A DNA stretch of 64,000 nucleotides from contig JAGNIJ010000009.1 of the NCBI GenBank assembly GCA_018001225.1, forward strand, positions 821-64,820, given 5' to 3'. Under the pieces are notes generated by a model. That model searched no databases and was not told the origin of the DNA. It saw only the letters and a list, made by a program, of their open reading frames with translations. Positions 28,983-36,835 of this stretch are shown here, piece after piece (the stretch's first letter is position 1; each line of letters opens with the position of its first letter). This stretch comes from Kiritimatiellia bacterium. Lineage in GTDB: Bacteria; Verrucomicrobiota; Kiritimatiellia; CAIQIC01; JAGNIJ01. Both the position numbers and the translations under genes were made by a program.

Positions 28983-29010
28983 ACCACGGATGGCACGGAT
29001 AACACGGATG
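28983..29010. repeat. Half-unit of ACCACGGA/ACACGGA short tandem-type repeat
   Basis: ACCACGGATGGCACGGATAACACGGATG, similar in architecture to the 15190 and 34538 elements. Confidence 0.45.
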
Positions 29011-29053
29011 GGAACGGGAATCAAACATCCGCGGAAGGCGTTGGTCTTCGCGG

Positions 29054-29476
29054 TCAAATGTCGAAATGGAGAGCGGCCGCGCGCTCGCTCTGTTCGTCCA
29101 GCCGGGCGAGCTCGCGGAGAGAAACGGAATCGAAAACCTCCGACATCGCGGTCTCCGCCCGGCCCCACAGGGTGGTCAGGACATCCCGGGTCGCCTCGGC
29201 GGATTTGCGCGGCGTGAACATCGGCCCCTCGAACAGGCGAATGATGTCCCCGGCGGAGATCTTGCCGGCCGGCCGGGCCAGGAGGTAGCCGCCTTCCTTC
29301 CCGCGCACCGACCGGGTGAAGCCGTTCTGCTTGAGGGTCAGCAGGATGGATTCCAGGAAACGGACGGGGATGTGCCGCGCCCGCGCGATCTCCGCGATCG
29401 TGGCCAGTCCCTTGCCCTCCTTCCGGGCCAGTTCCACCATGGCCCGGAGCGCGTACTGACAGCGATTAGATACCAT
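29054..29476 (-). CDS. Rrf2 family transcriptional regulator, lacking the IscR Cys triad (CymR-like; 140 aa)
   Basis: YALRAMVELA, IAEIA....IP.RFLESIL.TLK..G...SVRGKEGGYLLARP...I...DIIR.FEG; ATG 29476 preferred because ATG 29485 lies inside the TATAAT box. Confidence 0.9.
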   Translation of the reverse strand: MVSNRCQYALRAMVELARKEGKGLATIAEIARARHIPVRFLESILLTLKQNGFTRSVRGKEGGYLLARPAGKISAGDIIRLFEGPMFTPRKSAEATRDVLTTLWGRAETAMSEVFDSVSLRELARLDEQSERAAALHFDI

Positions 29477-29483
29477 GTTTTTC

Positions 29484-29508
29484 ATTATACACTAAAACGG
29501 TCGATTAT
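29484..29508 (-). promoter_or_regulatory. Perfect -10 box (TATAAT) overlapped by an IscR-type-1-like Rrf2 operator
   Basis: Minus strand ATAATCGACCGTTTTAGTGTATAAT resembles ATASYYGACTRwwwYAGTCRRSTAT; TATAAT ends 7 nt before the ATG. Confidence 0.55.
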
Positions 29509-29527
29509 CCAGTCAGGCCGAACATGT

Positions 29528-29565
29528 AAAAAAACGGGGGGCCCGCGCTTGGCGCAGGTCCCCCG
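29528..29565 (-). terminator. Rho-independent terminator of the S8 peptidase gene
   Basis: Minus strand CGGGGGACCTGCGC-CAA-GCGCGGGCCCCCCG followed by TTTTTTT, 15 nt after the stop. Confidence 0.8.
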
Positions 29566-29579
29566 GGGTGGACGGACGG

Positions 29580-32555
29580 CTAGAACTTGTATTGCATCAG
29601 CAGGGCGTCGCCCATGCCCTTGTACACGGCACCGTCATAGGGCCCTTCCGAGCGGCCGGCGGTGTACAGCACATTCGCCCTGGCGGCTACGGCCTTGGGC
29701 TCGGACTTCCATTCGCTGTTCGCGAAGATATTGTCCCGCCACGAGAGCGCGCCGGCCGTTGTGTAGCTGATCAGGTACATGGACGGATGGCCAGAGAATC
29801 CGCCAATGGGAGGGATGTCCTTGGCGCCGATCATGAGGTTGCCGTTCAGCATGCAGATGGACGCGCCTTCGTTGTTCTCCTCGGATCCGAACAGCCGAGT
29901 CCACTGCCAGTCGAGGGCGGCGTTGTATTTCTGCGCGAATCCCTTGGTCTTCAGCATGGCGGGATTGTTCTGTCCGTCCCAGTTGAGCCCGCGCATGTAA
30001 CCGGTGAGGTAGACGTTCTGGGCGCCGTCCAGGGCCAGGTCCGTCGCGATGGCATAGCCGGGGTCGGGCGCCGCGTGCACCACCGAGTCCAGCAGGGCGC
30101 CGGCCGGGCTGTACTTGCGGATGAAGACGGACTGGTCGAGCAGGGCGCCGGTCGGGCCCGCCAGCCACGTGTTGCCGGCGCCGTCCGCGACGATGGAGTA
30201 AGCCCGGTCGAAGTCCGGCGTGCCCCAGAAGCGTGTCCACTGCCAGGCGCCCGCCGGGTTGTACTTCATCACCACCATGTCCGCGTTGCCTTGGAACGGC
30301 TGGCCGTCGAAGGCGGCCTTGGCATCCCCGCCGATGTAGACGTTTCCGGCGTTGTCGCAGGCGATCTTGTTCCCGGCGTCCGCGTCGGCGCTGCCCCGGA
30401 TGCGCGTCCACTTCCAGTTCCCGTTCGTGTCGTACTTGATCACGAAGATATCGCCGACGACCAGGGCTCCGTCCGGATTATTGTTCGGCTGGCCGTCCAG
30501 CTGCTCCTTGGTCATGCCCGTGACGTACACGTTGCCGGCGCCGTCCACGGCGAGGCCCCCGCCGAAGGTCCGGTCACTGCCCTTGGCCTTGGCCCACAGC
30601 AGATTCCCGTCGGCGTTGAACTTGCAAACCGCGATGGAGAAGAAGAGATTGACGCCGTCTGTCTTGCCGAGTTGGCACAAGGTGTACACGTTGCCGGCGG
30701 CGTCAAGGGCCATGTCCACGAACGTTTCATCGTTCACGCCCCCCGTGAGCTTGGTCCATTTCCACTTCGGATCGAGCGTCACCCAGACCTTGTCCTGGTA
30801 GAACTGCTTCGGCCCCTCGACCGTCAGCTTGATGCACCGCTGGTCCACGCGGGCGGCCGCCGGGCCCGCGAGAACGAAGTTCGGGCAGAGATCGCCGTTG
30901 GGCTGCGGCACGAGGCTGCTGTTGATCGGGTTCCAGGCCCCCGGGTTCTCGCCGTGGCCCCATTCCAGCCGCCATTTCGTCATCCCCGTGCAAAACGCCT
31001 TGCCCTTGAATTGAACGGCGTCGCCCGTCCGGATCCGGAAGTGCCGGTCCAGCGGCGTGCGGATGCGCGCGGCGCCGAATCCGTTGTACTTGACGAGGTT
31101 GTTGAGATTGATGCGCCCGTAACCCGTCCGGTAGGACCACGGCCCGCCGTCGGCGCCCTCGGCCGAGGCGCGCAGCAGGGACCGCACCACGTCCACCTCG
31201 TAATTCGGGTGCAGCCCGAGGATCAGCGCGGCGGCCCCGGACACGTACGGCGCGGAGGCGGACGTGCCCGCCATGCGGCAGTACTGGCCGCCGATCACGA
31301 AGGCGTTCAGGTCGGGCGAATGGACCGCCGAGAGCAGGGAGAGAATATTTTCGGGATTCCAGGGGTCCGGGTCGCCGCCGGGGGCGCAGACGTCCAGCCA
31401 GTAGCCCTTGTTGCTGAACTCGCAATGCAGGTCCGCCGGGTCGCTGGCGGCCACGCAGAGCGCGTCCACCTCGCTGCCCGGCGTGTGGTACTTGTCGCAC
31501 GAATCGTTGCCGGCGGAGCAGACGGCCACCACCTTTTTCTGGTAGGCGACCGCCAGGGCCGAGGTGATGACCTTCAGCTTCTTGTAGTCCCCGACGCTCA
31601 AGTTGATTACGCGGGCGTTTTTGTCCACGGCGTAGACGATCGCGGCCGCGGCATCGCTGATCAGGCCCGCGCCCTCCGCGTCGGTGATCGTCAGCGGCAG
31701 GATCTTCGCCTGGGGCGCCACGCCGACGATACCGATCGCGTTGTTGCCCCGGGCGGCGATGATCCCCGCGCAGAAGGTCCCGTGCCCGTGGACGTCCATC
31801 GTGTCGTTGTTGCCCGCCCGGAAGTTCCAGCCATGGACGTCGTCCACGAACCCGTTGCCGTCGTCGTCCACGTTGTTGCCCGCGATCTCCGCCGCGTTCT
31901 GCCAGACCTGCCCGTTCAGTTCCGCGTGGTTGCGGTCCACGCCGGAATCCACGACCGCGACGAGGATGCCCGCGCCGAAGCCCAGGTTCCACGCCAGTTC
32001 GGCGTCCAGCTTGTCGCGCTTGAGCGCCCACAGGTCGTCGTAGAGCTGGCCCCAGGTTCCGGCGCTATGGAAGTAGAAGTCGTTGGGGAGCCACTCCGTA
32101 CGGCACCAGGCGTCGGGCTCGACGGAGAGCACCCCGGCCGTGGCCTCCAGTTTTTCGACGTTCATGGAGGCCGCCGGGTTGGCCAGGCGGATGACGAACG
32201 TGTCGTACAGCGCTGCCCGTTCCGGGCTCGAGGCGCGGTCGGCCTTGGGATTGCGGAACGGCGCGCGCAGGCCCGTCGCGCGGATGGCCGCCAGGGCGTT
32301 GAGGAACGCCTGTTGTCCCGACCAGGCGGGCCGCGACAGGAGCGCTTTCACCCGTTCGTCAAACTCGGCGGGCGACAGCGCAGGAGTGATCATATCCTGG
32401 GCCGCCAGGGCGGCCAGGGCCGGGGACAGCTGAACGATGATACTGGGCGGCGGCTGATCCGTTCTCGGTTTATCGGCCTGCGCCGGGGGCGCGGCGAGCG
32501 GGCTACAGCACGAAACGAGCACAAGGATCTTCCAGCATGTTTTTGCGGTCATCAT
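29580..32555 (-). CDS. Secreted subtilisin-like S8 serine peptidase with C-terminal SBBP-type beta-propeller repeats (991 aa)
   Basis: Catalytic VAVVDSGVD (Asp), HGHGTFCAG (His), AGTSASAP (Ser); repeated D.AGN.Y..G units; signal peptide; GGAG RBS before ATG 32555. Confidence 0.9.
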   Translation of the reverse strand: MMTAKTCWKILVLVSCCSPLAAPPAQADKPRTDQPPPSIIVQLSPALAALAAQDMITPALSPAEFDERVKALLSRPAWSGQQAFLNALAAIRATGLRAPFRNPKADRASSPERAALYDTFVIRLANPAASMNVEKLEATAGVLSVEPDAWCRTEWLPNDFYFHSAGTWGQLYDDLWALKRDKLDAELAWNLGFGAGILVAVVDSGVDRNHAELNGQVWQNAAEIAGNNVDDDGNGFVDDVHGWNFRAGNNDTMDVHGHGTFCAGIIAARGNNAIGIVGVAPQAKILPLTITDAEGAGLISDAAAAIVYAVDKNARVINLSVGDYKKLKVITSALAVAYQKKVVAVCSAGNDSCDKYHTPGSEVDALCVAASDPADLHCEFSNKGYWLDVCAPGGDPDPWNPENILSLLSAVHSPDLNAFVIGGQYCRMAGTSASAPYVSGAAALILGLHPNYEVDVVRSLLRASAEGADGGPWSYRTGYGRINLNNLVKYNGFGAARIRTPLDRHFRIRTGDAVQFKGKAFCTGMTKWRLEWGHGENPGAWNPINSSLVPQPNGDLCPNFVLAGPAAARVDQRCIKLTVEGPKQFYQDKVWVTLDPKWKWTKLTGGVNDETFVDMALDAAGNVYTLCQLGKTDGVNLFFSIAVCKFNADGNLLWAKAKGSDRTFGGGLAVDGAGNVYVTGMTKEQLDGQPNNNPDGALVVGDIFVIKYDTNGNWKWTRIRGSADADAGNKIACDNAGNVYIGGDAKAAFDGQPFQGNADMVVMKYNPAGAWQWTRFWGTPDFDRAYSIVADGAGNTWLAGPTGALLDQSVFIRKYSPAGALLDSVVHAAPDPGYAIATDLALDGAQNVYLTGYMRGLNWDGQNNPAMLKTKGFAQKYNAALDWQWTRLFGSEENNEGASICMLNGNLMIGAKDIPPIGGFSGHPSMYLISYTTAGALSWRDNIFANSEWKSEPKAVAARANVLYTAGRSEGPYDGAVYKGMGDALLMQYKF

Positions 32556-32668
32556 GGGTCCTCCGTTACCTTGTTTCCTTGGCGGCGTGTGGCTTAAACA
32601 TTTGAGCTGCACTGCTGCATACTCAAGAATCCAAGTCGCGTAAGGGGAAGCTTTCTTCCTGCTGGGTG

Positions 32669-32697
32669 GAAAAAAAGCCGGGCCGGGTCAAGCCGGC
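32669..32697 (-). terminator. Possible intrinsic terminator overlapping the ABC ATPase stop
   Basis: Minus strand GCCGG...CCGGC stem followed by TTTTTTT. Confidence 0.45.
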
Positions 32698-33476
32698 ACG
32701 ACCACGCGCCGGGAGCCGGGCAGCGTAATCACTTCGAGGGCATGATGATAGGCCGTGGAAAGGACGCCCGCTGTGAGGACCTGTTCTGGCGTCCCGTCGG
32801 ACGCGATGCGGCCCTGGTCGAGGAGGACCAGCCGGCGGCAGAACGCGGCGGCGAGGTTGAGATCGTGCGAGGAGAAAATCACGGTCGTGCCCCGCTCGCG
32901 GTTCAGCGCGCGGACCAGGTCCAGGAGCCGCCACGCGTGCGGGATGTCCAGGTGCGCGGTCGGCTCGTCGAGCAGCAGGATCTGCGGCTCCTGCGCCAGG
33001 GCGAGGGCCACGAGCGCCCGCTGCCGCTCGCCCGCGCTCAATTCGTCCACGAGTTGCTCGTCCATGCCGTCCAGGTCCGCCTGCCGGAGCGCCGCGCGGA
33101 TGGCCTCGCGATCGCCGGCGGCGAGACGGCTCCACGCGGCCCCGTAGGGACGCCGGCCGAGCGCGACGAAGTCGTGGACGGTGAAGGCCACGGGGAGGTT
33201 CAGCGACTGCGGCACGAAAGCCAGCCGCCGCGCCAGGCTTCGCTTGTCCAGCCGGGACAGGTCGGACTCGCCGAGCCGCAGGTCGCCGCGCATCGCGGGG
33301 AGCTCGCCGCTCAACACCCGAAGCAACGTGGTCTTGCCCGCGCCGTTCGGGCCGATGAGCCCGACGAGTTCGCCGGGCGCCACCGACAGGGAAACGTCAT
33401 GGAGGATTTCCTTCTCGCCGTATCCGGCGGCCAGGGCGCGCGCTTCGAGCTGGAGGGGCGTTATCACGACGAACAA
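32688..33476 (-). CDS. Iron-siderophore/cobalamin ABC transporter ATP-binding protein (FepC/BtuD-like; 262 aa)
   Basis: Walker A GPNGAGKTT, signature LSAGERQR, Walker B LLLDEPTAHLD, SHDLNLA. Confidence 0.92.
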   Translation of the reverse strand: MFVVITPLQLEARALAAGYGEKEILHDVSLSVAPGELVGLIGPNGAGKTTLLRVLSGELPAMRGDLRLGESDLSRLDKRSLARRLAFVPQSLNLPVAFTVHDFVALGRRPYGAAWSRLAAGDREAIRAALRQADLDGMDEQLVDELSAGERQRALVALALAQEPQILLLDEPTAHLDIPHAWRLLDLVRALNRERGTTVIFSSHDLNLAAAFCRRLVLLDQGRIASDGTPEQVLTAGVLSTAYHHALEVITLPGSRRVVVPA

Positions 33477-33484
33477 ACCGTCAG

Positions 33485-33536
33485 GTAGGGGCGTCGCGTG
33501 CGACGCCCGCGGGCGCCGGCCAGCGGCGCCCCTGCA
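33485..33536. repeat. GTAG-type REP element (52 bp)
   Basis: GTAGGGGCGTCGCGTGCGACGCCCGCGGGCGCCGGCCAGCGGCGCCCCTGCA; second copy at 52305 differs at three positions. Confidence 0.8.
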
Positions 33537-33552
33537 TCGCGTGGTGCAGGCG

Positions 33553-34524
33553 TCATCTCCACATCTCCTTCTGCTTCCGCCGCAGCAGCAACAGGAAAAA
33601 CGGCGCGCCGACCAGGGAGGTGATCACCCCGATGGGAACCTCGACGGGATAGAACAACGTTCGCCCAAGCCCGTCGGCGACGACCAGGAACGCCGCGCCG
33701 AGCAGGGCCGAGGCGGGGACGAGGCGACGGTGATTGGGTCCGACCAGCGACCGCGCCGCGTGCGGCGCCGTGAGGCCGACGAAGCCGATCAGTCCGCTGA
33801 CGCACACGGAGGCGGCCGTCAGCAGGGCGGCCAGGGCCAGGAAGACCTTTTTCGCCCGCTCGGCGTTCAACCCCACGTGGCCCGCCATCTCCTCGCCGAG
33901 CAACAGGACGTCCAGGTCCCGCGCCAGCAGGATGGCGACACCGAGGGCGGGCAGGATGAGCGCGGCGGACATCACGACCAGCCGCGCATCGAAGACCTGC
34001 AAGTCGCCCAGCAGCCACCATAGAACGGCGTGCAGGCCCTCGACGCTCGCCTGCGAAACGAGGAACATCAGGAGGCTTCCGCACAACGAGCCCCAGACCA
34101 CGCCGGCGAGGATGAGGGTGTGCGGGCCCGTGACCCGTCCCGCCGAGGCCAGCCGCCAGACCACGACCAGGCTGACCAACCCGCCGCCGAAGCCGGCCGC
34201 CGGCAGCAACAGGCTGCTGAACGCGAGCCCGCCGAGCAGGATTCCCAGTGCGGTGGTGAGGCCGGAGCCCGCGGAGAGCCCCAGCACGTACGGCTCCGCG
34301 AGCGGATTTCGCAGGAGCGCCTGCAGGATCACGCCCGACACCGAGAGTGCCGCGCCCGTGATGGCCCCCAGCGCCACCCGCCAGAGCCGCGCCTCCAGGA
34401 TGCCCCGCCGCGCCGGCTCGAAGAGGCTGGCCGGGTCGCTCCATCCATGGCCCAGAAAGATGCCCGCCGCCACCAGCAACGGACAGGCGGTCAGGAGAAT
34501 CAGATAATGGCTTTGTCTTTTCAT
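33553..34524 (-). CDS. FecCD/BtuC-family ABC transporter permease (323 aa)
   Basis: RLWR...G..TGAALSVSG..LQALLRNPLAEPY.LG.SAG, LLGEE.A..VG, SG.IGFVGL.APH, E.PIGVITSLVGAPFF. Confidence 0.92.
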   Translation of the reverse strand: MKRQSHYLILLTACPLLVAAGIFLGHGWSDPASLFEPARRGILEARLWRVALGAITGAALSVSGVILQALLRNPLAEPYVLGLSAGSGLTTALGILLGGLAFSSLLLPAAGFGGGLVSLVVVWRLASAGRVTGPHTLILAGVVWGSLCGSLLMFLVSQASVEGLHAVLWWLLGDLQVFDARLVVMSAALILPALGVAILLARDLDVLLLGEEMAGHVGLNAERAKKVFLALAALLTAASVCVSGLIGFVGLTAPHAARSLVGPNHRRLVPASALLGAAFLVVADGLGRTLFYPVEVPIGVITSLVGAPFFLLLLRRKQKEMWR

Positions 34525-34537
34525 CCGTCCCAGAAAT

Positions 34538-34598
34538 TCCCGCAGATCACGCGGATAACGCAGATAGGCCCTCTGCGAAAATCTGCGTCATCTGCGGG
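34538..34598. repeat. CCGCAGAT...ATCTGCGG type palindromic repeat
   Basis: CCCGCAGATCACGCGGATAACGCAGA is inverted against TCTGCGAAAATCTGCGTCATCTGCGGG; overlaps the stop of the binding-protein gene. Confidence 0.65.
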
Positions 34599-35436
34599 CC
34601 TCTTCCATGAGCCATTCCGCCAGGGCCTCCGCGCCGTCGAGCATACGCGGGCCCGGCCGCAGGAGCCAGTCCGGGTTGATGCCGGCGCACACGCGGCCCT
34701 CGCGGACGGCCCGGAGCCGGTTCCAGCCCGGCCGTTGCGCCAGCCGTTCCGCCGCCGCGTTCGTGGTCATGTAGGCGAGCACGATGACGTCCGGATCCTG
34801 CTTCAGGATCCATTCCGAGTTCGCGTTCGCGTACGACCGTTCCAGCGCCGCGCCGATATTCCTTCCTCCCGCCAGCGCGACCAGGTCATTCGCGAAGGAC
34901 TCGCGGCCCGCGGTCATCGGCGGGTCGCTCCAGATTTCGAGGTATACGCGGGGCCTTTCTTTACCCGCCCAAAACGTGTTTACGCGCTGCTCGATCTCCG
35001 CACGGCGCGCCGCCATGGTTTCCGCCCATCGGATCCCTGCCTCCGGGTTCCCGAGTTCGCGGGCGATCGCCCGGCCCGCCTCCAGCAGGTCCGTCCAGTT
35101 CTCGCACGGCAGGACCAGCGCCCTGATACCTAGACCCTCTAGGTATCCACGGAGGCCCGGCTTTTCGAGGTCGGTGGCCAGCACCAGATCGGGGTGCGCG
35201 GCCAGCAGGGCCTCCTGGTTCGGCCGGCCGAAATCGCCCAGCACGGGAAGCGCCCGGGCTTCCGGCGGATAGTCGCAGGCCGAGGAGCGCCCGACGAGGT
35301 GATCGCCGAGCCCGAGCGCGAAGACCAGTTCCGTCAGGCTGGGCGCCAGGCTGACCGCCTTGGTCACCGGTGATCCCTCCGCCATGGCCTGACTACGCGT
35401 TAGCAGAAAAAGGAGGGCGAAGCAGGTCGCGCGCAT
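34588..35436 (-). CDS. Periplasmic substrate-binding protein, BtuF/TroA-like (282 aa)
   Basis: VSLAPSLTELVFALG.GD.LVGRS..CDYP, E.LLA..PDLVL, N.EWIL..DPDVIV, WL.RPGPR; the CDYP motif favours the cobalamin-binding BtuF subfamily. Confidence 0.88.
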   Translation of the reverse strand: MRATCFALLFLLTRSQAMAEGSPVTKAVSLAPSLTELVFALGLGDHLVGRSSACDYPPEARALPVLGDFGRPNQEALLAAHPDLVLATDLEKPGLRGYLEGLGIRALVLPCENWTDLLEAGRAIARELGNPEAGIRWAETMAARRAEIEQRVNTFWAGKERPRVYLEIWSDPPMTAGRESFANDLVALAGGRNIGAALERSYANANSEWILKQDPDVIVLAYMTTNAAAERLAQRPGWNRLRAVREGRVCAGINPDWLLRPGPRMLDGAEALAEWLMEEARR

Positions 35437-35442
35437 GGGAGG

Positions 35443-36246
35443 TCACCCGTGCCGCGGGGCCTGGAGGAGTTCGTGGGGCCAGAGGCCGAGCTGGGTGAGG
35501 ACGTTCTTGTGGGTCTCGTTCTCGCGGGCGAGGGCCATGACCGGCGCGGCGAAGTCGCGTTCGACGCGCTCCAGGTCCACCTTGAGCTCGGGCCGGTTCC
35601 CGGCGGCCGGGGCCAGCATGCGGCCGGTGGAGCGCAGGACAAACCACAGCAGGTGCAGGACGGCGTAGAGGTGCGCCCGGTGGTCGGCCGGGTCGTCCGG
35701 GCCGTCGGCCGTGCCGCGGGGCCCGCCGGGCGCGAACGTGACGGGCCGCGTGTAGAACCGCGCCTGCGTCTGGAGGAAATCGTCGCCGAGCCGGGCAAGG
35801 ACGAGCCGGATCGAATCGCCGCCCTGCAGGTTCTGGGGCTTGAGCGCGTCGCCGGAGTAGGCGTCCTGGTAGTCCTTGCGCGCGCTTTTCCCCGAGTTGC
35901 GGGAGAGCCAGACCACGGCGTTCTGCGGATCGTCCAGCCACTTGCCGATGATCAGCGGGGCCTCGACGAACGGCCGGAGGGACGCCCAGGCGCGGGCGGA
36001 CTGGTACTCGGTGAGCGCTTCGAACGCGTTCCGCGCCTGCCGCTGCATGACCTGGAGGAAGGGGGCGGGCGTGATCGCGTCGCGGCCCTTGGCGGAGGGC
36101 AGCGGCCCGACCAGGGAGGCCCAGCGGGGGAAGAGCCTGTCCAGCGCGTCGAAGGACTCGAGTTCCGCCCGGAACTGGAGCAGGAAGATTTCGCGCTGCT
36201 GGTTCAGCGCGGCGCGGTAGCGGAGGAGATCGAAACTGTGGTTCAC
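35443..36246 (-). CDS. Hypothetical alpha-helical protein, weak DUF5677/HEPN-like pattern (267 aa)
   Basis: Uninterrupted ORF ending 6 nt before the binding-protein start; LRPFVEA...KWLDDP.NA..W resembles lRs..E...yl..dp..a..w. Confidence 0.65.
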   Translation of the reverse strand: MNHSFDLLRYRAALNQQREIFLLQFRAELESFDALDRLFPRWASLVGPLPSAKGRDAITPAPFLQVMQRQARNAFEALTEYQSARAWASLRPFVEAPLIIGKWLDDPQNAVVWLSRNSGKSARKDYQDAYSGDALKPQNLQGGDSIRLVLARLGDDFLQTQARFYTRPVTFAPGGPRGTADGPDDPADHRAHLYAVLHLLWFVLRSTGRMLAPAAGNRPELKVDLERVERDFAAPVMALARENETHKNVLTQLGLWPHELLQAPRHG

Positions 36247-36371
36247 GGCATGCCCCTGTCCTGTTGATGATTCCGCATCCTAGCGGCCGGCGCGGATTTG
36301 TTCGACTCTTTTGTTGACCTTTCGCTCGGAACGGCGAATATTTCCCCCCGTTTGTTCATCGAGGAATAACT

Positions 36372-36827
36372 ATGAATCTGCGGAAAGTGATGTCCCCGGC
36401 CACGATCTCCGTGGCGCTGAAGAGCGACACGAAGGAGGGGATCATCGGGGAACTGATGGACCTGCTCATGGCGGCGGGAAAGATCCGGGACCTGAAGGCC
36501 CGGAAGGATGCCCTGGCCGTCGTGCTGGAGCGCGAGAAGAAAATGTCCACCGGCATGCAGAACGGCATCGCCATCCCCCACGGGAAGACGGACACGGTGG
36601 ACTCGCTGGTCGCCGCCATCGGCTTGAAGAAGGAGGGCGTGGATTTCCAGGCCCTGGACGGGCAGCCCTCCCGGATTTTCATCATGACCCTGTCCCCCGA
36701 CACGCGGACCGGTCCGCACATCCAGTTCCTCGCCGAGATCAGCCGCCAGTTGAGCGACGCCGGCACCCGGGAGCGCGTTCTGAAGGCCGCCACGCCGGAA
36801 GAAGTGCTTGACCTGCTCTCGGGCTGA
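36372..36827 (+). CDS. PTS EIIA domain protein (PtsN/fructose-type; 151 aa)
   Basis: K..II.EL, REK.MSTGM..GIAIPHGK (phospho-His), GVDF.ALDG.P, H.QFLA.ISR.L; GAGG RBS. Confidence 0.92.
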   Translation: MNLRKVMSPATISVALKSDTKEGIIGELMDLLMAAGKIRDLKARKDALAVVLEREKKMSTGMQNGIAIPHGKTDTVDSLVAAIGLKKEGVDFQALDGQPSRIFIMTLSPDTRTGPHIQFLAEISRQLSDAGTRERVLKAATPEEVLDLLSG

Positions 36828-36835
36828 AGGCGGCC

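Noticed and set aside
36247-36371. Cobalamin riboswitch or Fur box upstream of the ABC importer
   Set aside because: No B12-box or GATAATGATAATCATTATC-like sequence recognised; the region is short and shared with the divergent EIIA promoter
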